From: Spirochaetia bacterium
Lineage (GTDB): Bacteria > Spirochaetota > Spirochaetia > UBA9216
Assembly: GCA_963677925.2 (NCBI GenBank)
Contig: CAXXYH010000004.1
Location: 1,056,001-1,120,000, forward strand
Direction: 5' to 3'
Length of the DNA stretch: 64,000 bases
Position numbers and translations under genes: made by a program. Shown here in pieces: positions 31,064-40,904 of this stretch (positions within the stretch are counted from its first letter, which is position 1; each line of letters starts with the position of its first letter). The notes beneath the pieces were generated by a model. The model made no database searches, was not told the origin of the DNA, and worked only from the letters and a program-made list of their open reading frames with translations.

Positions 31064-31129
31064 CTGCCGCTAAATTTAAGCGTATGCAGCAGGGTTGTCA
31101 ATCCCGCCGCATTAGGTGGATAATAGGCT

Positions 31130-32095
31130 GTGAACAGAAATCTATTCTACAGCTACAGTGCATATCTTAAAAAACGCTACGGTGTTCCGGCTTTCAGGGT
31201 AGGTGTTGACGCCGGTTTTTCATGCCCCAACAGAGACGGAGGCAGGCAGTCTCCCGGATGCAGCTACTGTGATGCCTTCGGTGCCAGAGCCATGTATCAG
31301 CGCACCCGGGAAGCCTTTGAGGATGCGCCGCTTACCGACTTATTCGCCGATATCGCCGTGCAGACTGAAAAAGCTACTGCCTTTCTTAAAAAACGATATC
31401 GGGCAGAGATCTTTCTTCTGTATTTTCAGGCTTTTTCGGGAACATACGCCCCGGTAGAGCGGCTTAAGGAGATTTATGATTACAGCCTCTCTCTTAATGA
31501 TTACAGGGAACTGATAGTTTCAACCCGCCCCGACTGTGTTGATGAGGATGTTGCAGATTTACTTGCCTCCTACCGTGATAAGGGGCTTGATGTATGGGTC
31601 GAGCTTGGCCTGCAGTCGGCACATGATAAAACGCTGGAAAGAATTAACCGCGGACATTCGGTAGTGGACTTTGAAAAAGCTTTCAGGCTTCTACGCTCAA
31701 GGGGCATCAAGATTGCAGTTCATCTTATTTTCGGACTTCCCGGAGAGTCCGAAGAGGATATTTTTGCCAGCTGTGACTATACGGCCTCGATTCATCCGGA
31801 AGGTGTGAAATTTCATAATCTTCATATCCCGGTCAACAGTCCTCTCTACCGTGAGTTTCAAAAAGGAGAGGTCGATGCACCTGATACCGCCATGCATCTG
31901 GAATACACAATCGGTGCAATTGAACGCATGCCGCCGGAAACAATGATAATGAGACTGACCTGCGACAGCAGCAGCAGTCAGCTGGCAGCTCCAATTGGTT
32001 TTATGAAAAAGACTGAATTCTATGACCTGGTGAGAACTGAATTGTCAGCGCGTAAAACTTTTCAGGGGCGACTTTTTAAAACTGATCTGCTATAA
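31130..32095 (+). CDS. TIGR01212 (YhcC-like) radical SAM protein
   Basis: DAGFSCPNRDG...GCSYC, YFQAF, TRPDC, ELGLQS. Confidence 0.9.
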   Translation: MNRNLFYSYSAYLKKRYGVPAFRVGVDAGFSCPNRDGGRQSPGCSYCDAFGARAMYQRTREAFEDAPLTDLFADIAVQTEKATAFLKKRYRAEIFLLYFQAFSGTYAPVERLKEIYDYSLSLNDYRELIVSTRPDCVDEDVADLLASYRDKGLDVWVELGLQSAHDKTLERINRGHSVVDFEKAFRLLRSRGIKIAVHLIFGLPGESEEDIFASCDYTASIHPEGVKFHNLHIPVNSPLYREFQKGEVDAPDTAMHLEYTIGAIERMPPETMIMRLTCDSSSSQLAAPIGFMKKTEFYDLVRTELSARKTFQGRLFKTDLL

Positions 32096-32115
32096 TATTT
32101 TTCACGGAGAAGAGA

Positions 32116-32598
32116 ATGGCGGCGAAAAATACACAGATTATTAATATTGTCGAAAGAATCAGCGAACACTACAAGCAGAACATAGGAAACCGCTATCTTA
32201 GAAAGGCCTTTAACGACATTACAATTGAAAAGGGCGCCTGGGAAAAGATAGAAAAAATTACCGAGATTTCCGACTACGAGAGGATGCAGGGATACAGCTT
32301 TGCCGAACTCTATGATGGAATCTACAATCTGGCTGTTTTTATCAGAAAGGTAAGAAAAGATGTTGCTCCGAACCTCAGGTTTATTCTTGGAAGCAGCAGG
32401 GCTAGCGGAAATGAAAAACTGCTGATGGATATGGCAATCTGCAATTTTAATGATAATCTCGGAATTCTTGCCGATATGGTCAACGAGCTTTATATGAAAA
32501 CTATAGAGGTGGATAAGCTGGAAGCAAAAGGGCGGATGCCTGTATATTCCAGGATGTCCGAGCTTCAGGAAGTCGGAAAGCTGCTGGTTCCGGAATAA
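32116..32598 (+). CDS. Hypothetical protein
   Basis: 160-aa ORF with GGAG RBS and host-like codon usage. Confidence 0.7.
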   Translation: MAAKNTQIINIVERISEHYKQNIGNRYLRKAFNDITIEKGAWEKIEKITEISDYERMQGYSFAELYDGIYNLAVFIRKVRKDVAPNLRFILGSSRASGNEKLLMDMAICNFNDNLGILADMVNELYMKTIEVDKLEAKGRMPVYSRMSELQEVGKLLVPE

Positions 32599-32606
32599 AA
32601 AAAAGC

Positions 32607-32638
32607 ATCTCAGGAAAAGGGTTTTTTCATGAGATGCT
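32607..32638 (-). terminator. Terminator between convergent genes
   Basis: Inner part of an AGCATCTCA...TGAGATGCT stem flanked by an A run (T run on the minus strand). Confidence 0.5.
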
Positions 32639-32660
32639 CTGAAGTTAATGCCGGATTTCT

Positions 32661-33950
32661 TTAAAGCTTTGCGGCTGCTGCAAATATCCTTGCGTAAAGA
32701 TCATCAATATCTTCAATATCGACCGCAGAGAATGCGATTCTGAGATACTTATCCTGAATAGAAATAGTACCGATTCCCTCGCCGTCAAGCAGGTTTTTCC
32801 GAAGCTGCTCGGCGCTTCCTTTTTTCATCATGAAACTCATGAAGTAGCCTGAGTTGAAAGGAAGTGCTTCGAGAACAGGATCGTCATTATGCTTTTCAAG
32901 AATTCCCTTTATTTTGATATATCGTTCCTTGATCTCTTCTTCGTATGCTGCTTTTTCACTGCCGTAGGACGGGTTCTGCATGGCCTTGATCAGAAGGCTC
33001 TGAGCCGGTCTTGAACAGTTTGATACTGTGCATCTCAGGGATGCTGACAGTTTTGTTTCAATAGCCTTGCATGCCTCTGCACTCATTCCCTTTGCGCCGA
33101 AGGTCACAAAGCCCACTCTGAAACCCCATACAAAGTGCTCTTTTGTGGCACCGTCAACCTTGATCGCAAGGATGTTTTCATGGGCATCATAAAGTTCATT
33201 GAACAGTGAGCTTTTGTACGTATCCTCTTCAAAGAATAGTCCGAAGTATGCATCGTCGGTGATTACAGCAAGCTTGTATCCGTCTTCAGCAAGCTTCACC
33301 AGCTCATTCTTAAGTTCAGCCGCCTCAGCCTTGCTCGGAGAATATCCTGTGGGATTGTTCGGAAAGTTTACTATCATCACAGATTTTTTGTTTTTAGCGG
33401 TTTTCTTGATTGTTTCAACAAAGCCGGCAATATTCAGTCCGCCTTCAGCATTAAAGAATGGAAAGCCTGCTATGGAGGCAGATCTTCTTTCTTCAATCAT
33501 CAGCCTGTAGTTGCCCCAGAACATGTCAGGGATAACAACAGATTCCCCTTCATCCACAAAAAGATCCATAAGCTGGGATATTCCGTTTGTAAGTCCGGGG
33601 ACAACCACCGGATTTGATATCTTCTCAGGGTTTACGGCCGGATTCTTTCTGACCAGATCTTCTTTCCAGAGTTTGATGAGATTTGCGTCTCCTCCGGTCG
33701 GAGCATATGTAACAGCCTCTGCGGGGCTGAGTTCGGGAAGAAGTTTTCTCAAGGATGGTAATTCTATGGCTTCACCCTTGCTGATAGCCATACCGATAGT
33801 CGCATTATAGGTTTTAGCCTTTTTTCCTGCCTCTGCTGACTGGGCTGCAATGCCCGCCGGGAAGTACATCCTTTTCCCGTAGTCGGAAAGCAATTCATAT
33901 GCGCATGTTTTTTCCAGAATCTTATTCAATTCAACTGCCAAGTTATTCAT
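32661..33950 (-). CDS. PLP-dependent aminotransferase class I/II
   Basis: NFPNNPTGY, DDAYFGL, DGATKEHFVWGFRVG. Start set at ATG 33950 behind TTGACA-17-TATCCT. Confidence 0.88.
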   Translation of the reverse strand: MNNLAVELNKILEKTCAYELLSDYGKRMYFPAGIAAQSAEAGKKAKTYNATIGMAISKGEAIELPSLRKLLPELSPAEAVTYAPTGGDANLIKLWKEDLVRKNPAVNPEKISNPVVVPGLTNGISQLMDLFVDEGESVVIPDMFWGNYRLMIEERRSASIAGFPFFNAEGGLNIAGFVETIKKTAKNKKSVMIVNFPNNPTGYSPSKAEAAELKNELVKLAEDGYKLAVITDDAYFGLFFEEDTYKSSLFNELYDAHENILAIKVDGATKEHFVWGFRVGFVTFGAKGMSAEACKAIETKLSASLRCTVSNCSRPAQSLLIKAMQNPSYGSEKAAYEEEIKERYIKIKGILEKHNDDPVLEALPFNSGYFMSFMMKKGSAEQLRKNLLDGEGIGTISIQDKYLRIAFSAVDIEDIDDLYARIFAAAAKL

Positions 33951-34031
33951 ATTACGGAGGATATCTTTCAGGATTTTATTTGTCAATACAAGCCTGATTG
34001 ACTGAATCTCCTTTTATATCTATTGTAAACC

Positions 34032-34400
34032 GTGACTCTAAAAAAACTTAGCTTTATACTTTTTCTTGTCTGCCTTGCTTCAGTAACTGTTCTATCGTTG
34101 ATTCCGTCACCGCCGAAACTTCCCGGCTCGTTTGAATATATAGACAAGGCTGAGCATGCTGCGGCTTATGCTGTTTTGTCGATGCTTTTGTTTATGTCTC
34201 TTCCTGATTTCAGAAAAAAAATCACTGGAGTCCTGGTCTGTGTACTGATGCTTGCAGTTTATGGTATTTTAATAGAATTTATACAGTCTTTTACCGGTCG
34301 AAGTCCGGAGCTGGCCGATTTTGCGGCGGATCTTGCAGGGATAGTACTCGGAATTTTTGCATCTTCTCTTCTGACAAGAGTGTTTAGAGCCGGAACATAA
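34032..34400 (+). CDS. VanZ family membrane protein
   Basis: DKAEHAAAY, IEFIQSFTGR...DFAADLAG. Confidence 0.82.
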   Translation: MTLKKLSFILFLVCLASVTVLSLIPSPPKLPGSFEYIDKAEHAAAYAVLSMLLFMSLPDFRKKITGVLVCVLMLAVYGILIEFIQSFTGRSPELADFAADLAGIVLGIFASSLLTRVFRAGT

Positions 34401-34468
34401 CAAAGGAAATTTTTCTGTGATTGACAGGGACCTCTTTTTAAAATAACATTACGCAGGAGGGTTCCCGG

Positions 34469-36001
34469 TTGAGCGATGGTTCCGGTTTTCTTGATAAAAT
34501 ACTGTCTCTTATAGGAAGATCCGCTGATCCTGAAAAAGAAAAAAAGCGGCTCCTGAAAGAAATTGACAAACAGCTTAAAAAGAGCAAATTCAAGTTTTAC
34601 AAACCTAAATCAGTAGAAGCACTCTCGGCTATGGCGAAGTTCTTTTATGATATTTACCGCGTTGTGGGACCCGCAAAACTTCTCCTCGATCATGCAGAAT
34701 CTTCTGTTGTCCTTAAAACCATTATTATCGAGAATTCTCTCAATGAAAAACAGGTTGAGATTCGCGACAGCTTTGATGAATCTGCTATTCGAGAGACAAT
34801 TAAGCAGAATAACGGCAATATAAAAGCTGTAGCCGATGAGCTTAAAAACAACCTTGTAAATTTCTTCTCATTCTTTGATACAGCGAAGGTGAAGTCTATC
34901 AATTCGACTTATAACCTTATGTCTGTCTTTATTGATTTCATTTCATTTGACTTTTATTTCTTTCTGCGTAAATTCGATTCCAGATTCCCTGAAAATGATT
35001 TCAATTACAGCCCCAGATTCGAAGATATTAACGGAGAATATGTATCCGAAGATCTCAAGGATTTTCTAACGCTGATACCCTTTCTTGAACTGGACGCTGA
35101 CTGGAATAACCTTTTTGACGTTCTAAGCGCATATAAGGGCGCAGAAGTTCTCAACAGAAGCGAATGGACAAAGCAGCTGAGAAAACTAAGGGATATCAGA
35201 ACATCAAAGGTTTTTGAACTGATCATAAAAAGCATTGATAGAAACCCCTCCTACAGCTATCAGGTTTCCCGTCCGGCTAATAGAATTGTTGAGGACTATC
35301 TAACCAAGCTTAAAAGTCAGGCTGAGCTGATAATTCAGAAAATAATGAAAGAGCAGCAGAAGAGTAAACTCGATGACCTTGCGTTCAAGGTTTTTGGAAC
35401 TTCTGCTGTATCAAGAATGAATCACTATACCGAAAAGGCCAACCTTGCATTTGAGAAAAAGATGCTGGGCGGGTTTATCTACATAGCTCCAATGAACTAT
35501 CTGAAAGCTTTCCTTGTCGATTACTGTAAAAAGGATATCAGAGAGGTAAGCGATGTCCTGATAATCAGGGGTAAGTGGACTACAAATATAAACTCGCAGC
35601 AGCTCTCTGAAGCTTTTTACGGACTGATGGCTGTTGCTGATGAGGTTGTCAAGTTTGATGAGAGTCTTTCTGAAGAAGGCGCAAAAGGCGCAGAACTGTC
35701 GAAGCTTCTTAAAAGGCGCGATGCGGATAATTCACACATAGCTAAACTCAGGAAGGAGCTTAAGGACGTAAATCAGGAAGCTGCCCGCATGATAAATGCA
35801 ACCGGTCTTCACCTTATAGCTCTTGCAAAAAGCCTGAAGATGGTGATCGAAGATTTCCATAAAAAGCCGCATGAACTTATCACAAACTGGAAAGAGATTG
35901 AAAATGCGATGGATGGTCTGGTTGATGAGCGTCTTTCGGCTATCTATAAGAAAAGTTACTATTTTGTTCAGCTGCTGCAGCATTACAGCAAGAAAAAATA
36001 A
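34469..36001 (+). CDS. Spirochaete conserved hypothetical protein (DUF5312-like)
   Basis: 510-aa helical protein; DPEKEKKRLLK and FDFYFFLRKFD recalled from this family; AGGAGG RBS. Confidence 0.65.
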   Translation: MSDGSGFLDKILSLIGRSADPEKEKKRLLKEIDKQLKKSKFKFYKPKSVEALSAMAKFFYDIYRVVGPAKLLLDHAESSVVLKTIIIENSLNEKQVEIRDSFDESAIRETIKQNNGNIKAVADELKNNLVNFFSFFDTAKVKSINSTYNLMSVFIDFISFDFYFFLRKFDSRFPENDFNYSPRFEDINGEYVSEDLKDFLTLIPFLELDADWNNLFDVLSAYKGAEVLNRSEWTKQLRKLRDIRTSKVFELIIKSIDRNPSYSYQVSRPANRIVEDYLTKLKSQAELIIQKIMKEQQKSKLDDLAFKVFGTSAVSRMNHYTEKANLAFEKKMLGGFIYIAPMNYLKAFLVDYCKKDIREVSDVLIIRGKWTTNINSQQLSEAFYGLMAVADEVVKFDESLSEEGAKGAELSKLLKRRDADNSHIAKLRKELKDVNQEAARMINATGLHLIALAKSLKMVIEDFHKKPHELITNWKEIENAMDGLVDERLSAIYKKSYYFVQLLQHYSKKK

Positions 36002-36020
36002 ATAACTGTAATATATTTAT

Positions 36021-38030
36021 CTAATCCATTATCTCTGAAATACCCGTCTTTCCTGCGGGCTTTCTGAACCAAGAGAATATAAACACAATAATCAGGCAGT
36101 TCAGTACCGAGACTGCGGCAAAAATATTCCAGGAAGGGGTACCTGATGCAATACTTCCTATCAGAGAGTATATTTTGATGCTGATGGTGTAGAGACGTTC
36201 CTCATTCAAAAAGATCAGCGGCACCATAAAGGAATTCCAGGCGGATATGAAGGCAGCCATAAAAGAGGTTACTATAACCGGAATGGACAGCGGAACGAGT
36301 ACCTTTATGAGATAACCGAACGGCTTCATTCCTTCCACCAGGGCTGCATCCCTGAAAGAGTCGGGCATACGATCAAGCCATGCTGTGATCGTGAATATTG
36401 CAACCGGAATTGCATGATAGGTACCGATTATTATCAATGGCGTGAAGGAATTAACCAGTCCTGCCTTTCTGAAAATCTCATAAAGAGGTATAAGGGAATG
36501 CATTCCCCCGGCAATACTTATCAGCTGTATTGCTGCAAGAACTGTTCCGGTAAAAATCTTTCCCCTGGTGTTCAGGTACATTGCCGCCGGGAAGCAGACA
36601 AGCGGAGTTAGAATCCCGGTGAGGGCTGAAACAATTATCGTATTTTTAAAGTAGTATATAATGTTATGCTCGCTGAAAGCCTCGCGGTAGCTTTCAATAC
36701 CCGGCGACGGCGGCAGAAACCCGTCTATGAAACAGGCGCTTATACCTGAAAAACTCATCCAAATAAGCAGGTAAATAATTACAGCAGACGAAACAATGAG
36801 CAGGCTTGAGGCTGCCAGCGATATACCGGCTGCAGGCAGTTTAATACGCCGGATTATCGGCTGTATTGAGGTCTTCCGGTTCTCCGGATCTCTTCTGTTC
36901 TGAAGTACCAGCCATACAGCTGTATAGACCGCCGGTATAATACCCGGATCAAAACCTGAAAGGAATCCGTTCTGAGCTGTTTTGATGCAGATAAAAATGA
37001 AATGAATAAAAGATGAAATATAAAAAAGTTTTCTGTTAATAAGGCCGGTAAGATAGCCCAGTGCCGGAAGCACACCTGAAAGACCGGAAAATATCAGCTG
37101 GATTAAGGCTGTGAATAATGAGAGTATTCTGAAGCGGAATGCTGCAGATTTCTTTGATGACCCCGAGATGTACCATACCGCAATAAGTACAATAATCAAA
37201 CCCGCCGTCATTACCGAGTATGCGGATGAAATTCCCATATCCTCTGTTGTATTGAAAATGTCGTAAATAAATACATCGAGGGTTGTGACTGCGCCGATAA
37301 TGAACCGGTCTGTGATACCGCTGAGCAGCGGCGGGCCGCCTGCAGTCATAAGGAAGGGAACCGAAAATTCCTTGAATGCCTTGATGAAATTGAGTATACC
37401 CATGGTAATAAGGACATTCTTAATCTGGGGCATTATGATGTAGAGGGAAACCGTTATCCGATCAGCACCGTCTATTTCAGCAGCTTCTTTCATTGTAACC
37501 GGAATACGGCTTATAGCTCCATGAATTATGAAAACCGTGAACGGCAGTGTCAGCCAGAGGTTAACGATAAGGCATGAGATAAATCCTGCAGCAGGGTCCA
37601 TCATCAGGTTGAAGCTCAGTCCGAATAGTTCCGTGAAGACTGAATTTCCCCCGTTCCCGTGTATAAGGGCCCGCCAGAGCGGTACGGCTATGTAAACCGG
37701 AATACCCCAGGGAATCAGCAGGGCCCCGTAGATTAGTTTTGAAAGTCTCTTTACCGATGACATCATTGATGCAAGAATGAAACCGGTAAAGATGCTTAAA
37801 AGCGCGGAGCCTACCGACCACAGCGCTGTGATATTGATGCTGAGCCTGAACCCGCTGTCCTGTCTGAGAAAGAAATAGTTTTCAAGTCCGGCGAATGTTT
37901 TCTGCCCGAAAATATCATGAAAGAAAGAGGTCTGAAAAGCTTCTATAAAGGGAGCAATCCCCGCCGCTGCCGTAAGAAGCAGGACGGGGATAAAGTAGTA
38001 TATGTTTTTTAATGAGCTGTCTTTATTCAA
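36021..38030 (-). CDS. Fused double ABC permease (MalF+MalG-like, CUT1)
   Basis: Two EAA loops (EAAEIDGA, DAALVEGM); PWGIP and AWNSF motifs. Start overlaps the upstream stop. Confidence 0.85.
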   Translation of the reverse strand: MNKDSSLKNIYYFIPVLLLTAAAGIAPFIEAFQTSFFHDIFGQKTFAGLENYFFLRQDSGFRLSINITALWSVGSALLSIFTGFILASMMSSVKRLSKLIYGALLIPWGIPVYIAVPLWRALIHGNGGNSVFTELFGLSFNLMMDPAAGFISCLIVNLWLTLPFTVFIIHGAISRIPVTMKEAAEIDGADRITVSLYIIMPQIKNVLITMGILNFIKAFKEFSVPFLMTAGGPPLLSGITDRFIIGAVTTLDVFIYDIFNTTEDMGISSAYSVMTAGLIIVLIAVWYISGSSKKSAAFRFRILSLFTALIQLIFSGLSGVLPALGYLTGLINRKLFYISSFIHFIFICIKTAQNGFLSGFDPGIIPAVYTAVWLVLQNRRDPENRKTSIQPIIRRIKLPAAGISLAASSLLIVSSAVIIYLLIWMSFSGISACFIDGFLPPSPGIESYREAFSEHNIIYYFKNTIIVSALTGILTPLVCFPAAMYLNTRGKIFTGTVLAAIQLISIAGGMHSLIPLYEIFRKAGLVNSFTPLIIIGTYHAIPVAIFTITAWLDRMPDSFRDAALVEGMKPFGYLIKVLVPLSIPVIVTSFMAAFISAWNSFMVPLIFLNEERLYTISIKIYSLIGSIASGTPSWNIFAAVSVLNCLIIVFIFSWFRKPAGKTGISEIMD

Positions 38031-39417
38031 GAATCAGGGCTGAAATGTTTCTTACCGCCTTGATTCCGGCCGGAACAAGAGCAGCGTCCTGATCCCATAC
38101 GATAACAAGCGGGAATTCACTTTCAGAAAGTTCGCTTTCATCGCCGTAGAACATTGCAATAATTACATCATCGTTTCCTGCAAGTTCAGCAGCATCGAGG
38201 GTAATTGAGTATCCGTCAGCGGCCTGCACGGTTACAGTCTTGTAGCCGGTGTATCTTTCAAGAAGTACGTATACAGGTATGCCGAGGTATTCCACAGCTT
38301 CGCCTGCTTTTCTGTTGAAGTAGGCAACTTTTGTTCGTGAAGTAGTAACGCCGCTCTGAAGAGTCTGCCTGTCCATTACTTCGGTCTTACCGTTCTGTGT
38401 AAGATCGAGACTGAAATCCTTGAAGGCTACATCCTTGATGATAATCTTCTTTACCATTCTTGCAGAAACATGTCCGGTGATATTGGGATTGTTCGGTCCT
38501 ACCTTTACAAGCCGGATATAGCCTGGATCTTCCGGCATGTATTCGCCGTTTTCCTTGAAAGCAAGAATCCAGTCGCCGTCAGAGTTGTCCAGAAGCTGTG
38601 AAGCGCTATAACTCATGGCATAACCGTCCATTGCCTCAATTACTACTGTCATTTCAGGTGTCAGAGATGCATATTCTTCTATAAGATCGACAATTTTTAC
38701 TCCGCCCCAGATGTACTGGAAATTGTTGTCATAGCTGTTGGTGTAGTTTCCCTTGTCTTCAATGTAGTATGGAAGTTTTTCAAGCTCTGCGATTGTCCTG
38801 ACAGCATGATTTCCGCCGATGTCGAGGATTAGTTCAAAATTGTTCTCAGCAAGTGAAACCGGTTTAAGATCAGCTTTGATTGAAGCGAGTTCTTTAACCC
38901 AGAACTGGGTTGAGATGTTTCCGGTCAGCATTGGAGCTACTTTTTCACCCCTCATTGCATCTGCAATGTAGAGATCTTCAACGGCAAAATCTGCAGTATT
39001 GATTGTTGCGGAATAGCCGTCGGAGGCTGTAAGAGTAATCTGATATCCTGATTTCCAAAGTTCAGCATCAAATGCGTAGGGCATTGTTGCATCAGGATCA
39101 TCAACCATGGCAATGATGTTTTTAAAAGGAATGGCCATAAAGCTAGTATCTTCACCCTTAAGCTGGAACATGTATTCACCGTATTCCGAGCCTTCCATTT
39201 CTTTCCATTTTTCGAAATTGGATTCCCAAATTTCGTCTTCCCTGACGCCGCTGATACTGATCATCCATCCGGTTCCCTTGGGGGTTGCATGTGCGACTGC
39301 GTCAGCTTCTGTTTCTTCAATTACAAGTCCTGAGGGGCTTTGTGATGCTGTGGCGCAGCCGCTGATAAGCAGTACGGCAAGCATCAGAACTGATAATAAT
39401 TTTACAGTCAGTTTCAT
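38023..39417 (-). CDS. Lipoprotein with three molybdopterin-binding oxidoreductase-like repeats
   Basis: Lipobox ISGC; three AxDGY repeats (ASDGY, AMDGY, AADGY); WGGVKIVDL and LAFKENGE...PGYIRLV resemble the sulfite-oxidase/MsrP fold. Confidence 0.7.
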   Translation of the reverse strand: MKLTVKLLSVLMLAVLLISGCATASQSPSGLVIEETEADAVAHATPKGTGWMISISGVREDEIWESNFEKWKEMEGSEYGEYMFQLKGEDTSFMAIPFKNIIAMVDDPDATMPYAFDAELWKSGYQITLTASDGYSATINTADFAVEDLYIADAMRGEKVAPMLTGNISTQFWVKELASIKADLKPVSLAENNFELILDIGGNHAVRTIAELEKLPYYIEDKGNYTNSYDNNFQYIWGGVKIVDLIEEYASLTPEMTVVIEAMDGYAMSYSASQLLDNSDGDWILAFKENGEYMPEDPGYIRLVKVGPNNPNITGHVSARMVKKIIIKDVAFKDFSLDLTQNGKTEVMDRQTLQSGVTTSRTKVAYFNRKAGEAVEYLGIPVYVLLERYTGYKTVTVQAADGYSITLDAAELAGNDDVIIAMFYGDESELSESEFPLVIVWDQDAALVPAGIKAVRNISALILE

Positions 39418-39431
39418 TCTATCTCCTTTTT

Positions 39432-40904
39432 TTACTGTAAATTGTTATTTATAATCTTCTGAGTCTGTTCCAGGACAGCTTCAGGAGTCATTCTTCCGGA
39501 AAGCGCGAATCTAAGCATTTTCCACATTGTATTCTTATAAATTCCGAAGGCCTGATCCGGGGGAATGATTGTTCCGGTTTCCGATCCGACGGTCAGCTGC
39601 TTCATGTATCTGTTTGCCTCTGCGGCAAGTTCCAGTGCCGCTTCTGATGCGGGTAATTTGGAAACTGCTGCCGTAAATCTCTGCTGAACTCCTGTTCCGC
39701 AGAGATATTCGATAAGTCTGACGGCTGCGGCGGTATTGCGGCTTTTTTTAGGCACTGCAAAACCCTTGAAATCAAGAAGTCCCGAAAGCCGGATTCCGGT
39801 TTCAGAGTTGATCGGCAGAGGTACTGCCTCAAAGGGGATTCCGAGCTTTTCAAAATAGGGAATGCTGTATGAGGCGCTTATGATCATTCCGACATCGCCT
39901 GATACAAACATTGATGTCATTGCATCACGTTCCATCGGCTCCATCAGCCCCCTCTCCTGCAGACTTAGAATATACTTCAGTGATTTGATATTAGCCTCAT
40001 CATTAATAATTACCGATCCGTCGGGTTCAATCAGCGTCTTTTTGCCGAAGCTTATCTGAAAGGGGATAAGAAAAGATGATGAGTAGGCATTCCATGCCGA
40101 CGGAATTATTTCCCGGTTTTTTAACTGCAGGGCGTATGTTTCATAGTCCTTCGTTGTCCAGCTGTTTTTAGGAGTCTCCATCAGTCCGGTGTTGATGAAC
40201 ATCATCTGGGCATCATAGTAAAAGGGAACCGCCCAGGTTTTTCCGTTAAGACTGAAGGCCTCCCTGCCTTCTTTTATAAGTCCTTCAGGATACATGTAAT
40301 CAAGATTCTGTATGCTTTCCGATTTTGAAAGACTTTCCATATATGTCGACTGAACCATTATTAAATCAGGGACGCTTCCGCCTCCGCCTGAAACAGCAAT
40401 GAGTTTGGAGTCGGGCCGGGGCACCGAAACCGTGTTTATGCTTATGTTATGCAGCTCTGCATATCTGCTGATTTCTTCTTTTAGAAGGTCTTCCCCTTCC
40501 CAGTTTGTCCATATTTCAAGCTTTGAAGTAATCAGCTTTTCACCCCGCAAATCGATGCCCTGCACATCCTCTACAGTCCATCCGGGACCTTTAAGTGCCC
40601 ATTCTGAATCTGTCTTGATCAAATATATCCGGGGAAGCTGATCGGCAAGCCGGGTTTCTTTTTTTTCTATCAGGCCGTCTTCTATTGAAATATTCATTTT
40701 CCAGGCGTCATACATGGGAGGGAAGAGTTCATCAATAGATATTCCAACCGCGTTATTACCCTCTGCAGGTACCGGATAGCTTAATGTCTGAAGCTTTTCA
40801 GATGTAAAAGATTTCCATGGTTTTCCATTCAGGGTGAAATCAAGAGCGTTAAGGCTTACGGAGGCTGAGACTAATAAGAGAAAAAGAATCGATTTTTTGG
40901 GCAT
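39432..40904 (-). CDS. Extracellular solute-binding protein (MalE-like) with extra N-terminal domain
   Basis: Signal peptide; VPDLIM, GKTWAVPFY, FVSGDVGMII; about 105 additional N-terminal residues. Confidence 0.8.
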   Translation of the reverse strand: MPKKSILFLLLVSASVSLNALDFTLNGKPWKSFTSEKLQTLSYPVPAEGNNAVGISIDELFPPMYDAWKMNISIEDGLIEKKETRLADQLPRIYLIKTDSEWALKGPGWTVEDVQGIDLRGEKLITSKLEIWTNWEGEDLLKEEISRYAELHNISINTVSVPRPDSKLIAVSGGGGSVPDLIMVQSTYMESLSKSESIQNLDYMYPEGLIKEGREAFSLNGKTWAVPFYYDAQMMFINTGLMETPKNSWTTKDYETYALQLKNREIIPSAWNAYSSSFLIPFQISFGKKTLIEPDGSVIINDEANIKSLKYILSLQERGLMEPMERDAMTSMFVSGDVGMIISASYSIPYFEKLGIPFEAVPLPINSETGIRLSGLLDFKGFAVPKKSRNTAAAVRLIEYLCGTGVQQRFTAAVSKLPASEAALELAAEANRYMKQLTVGSETGTIIPPDQAFGIYKNTMWKMLRFALSGRMTPEAVLEQTQKIINNNLQ

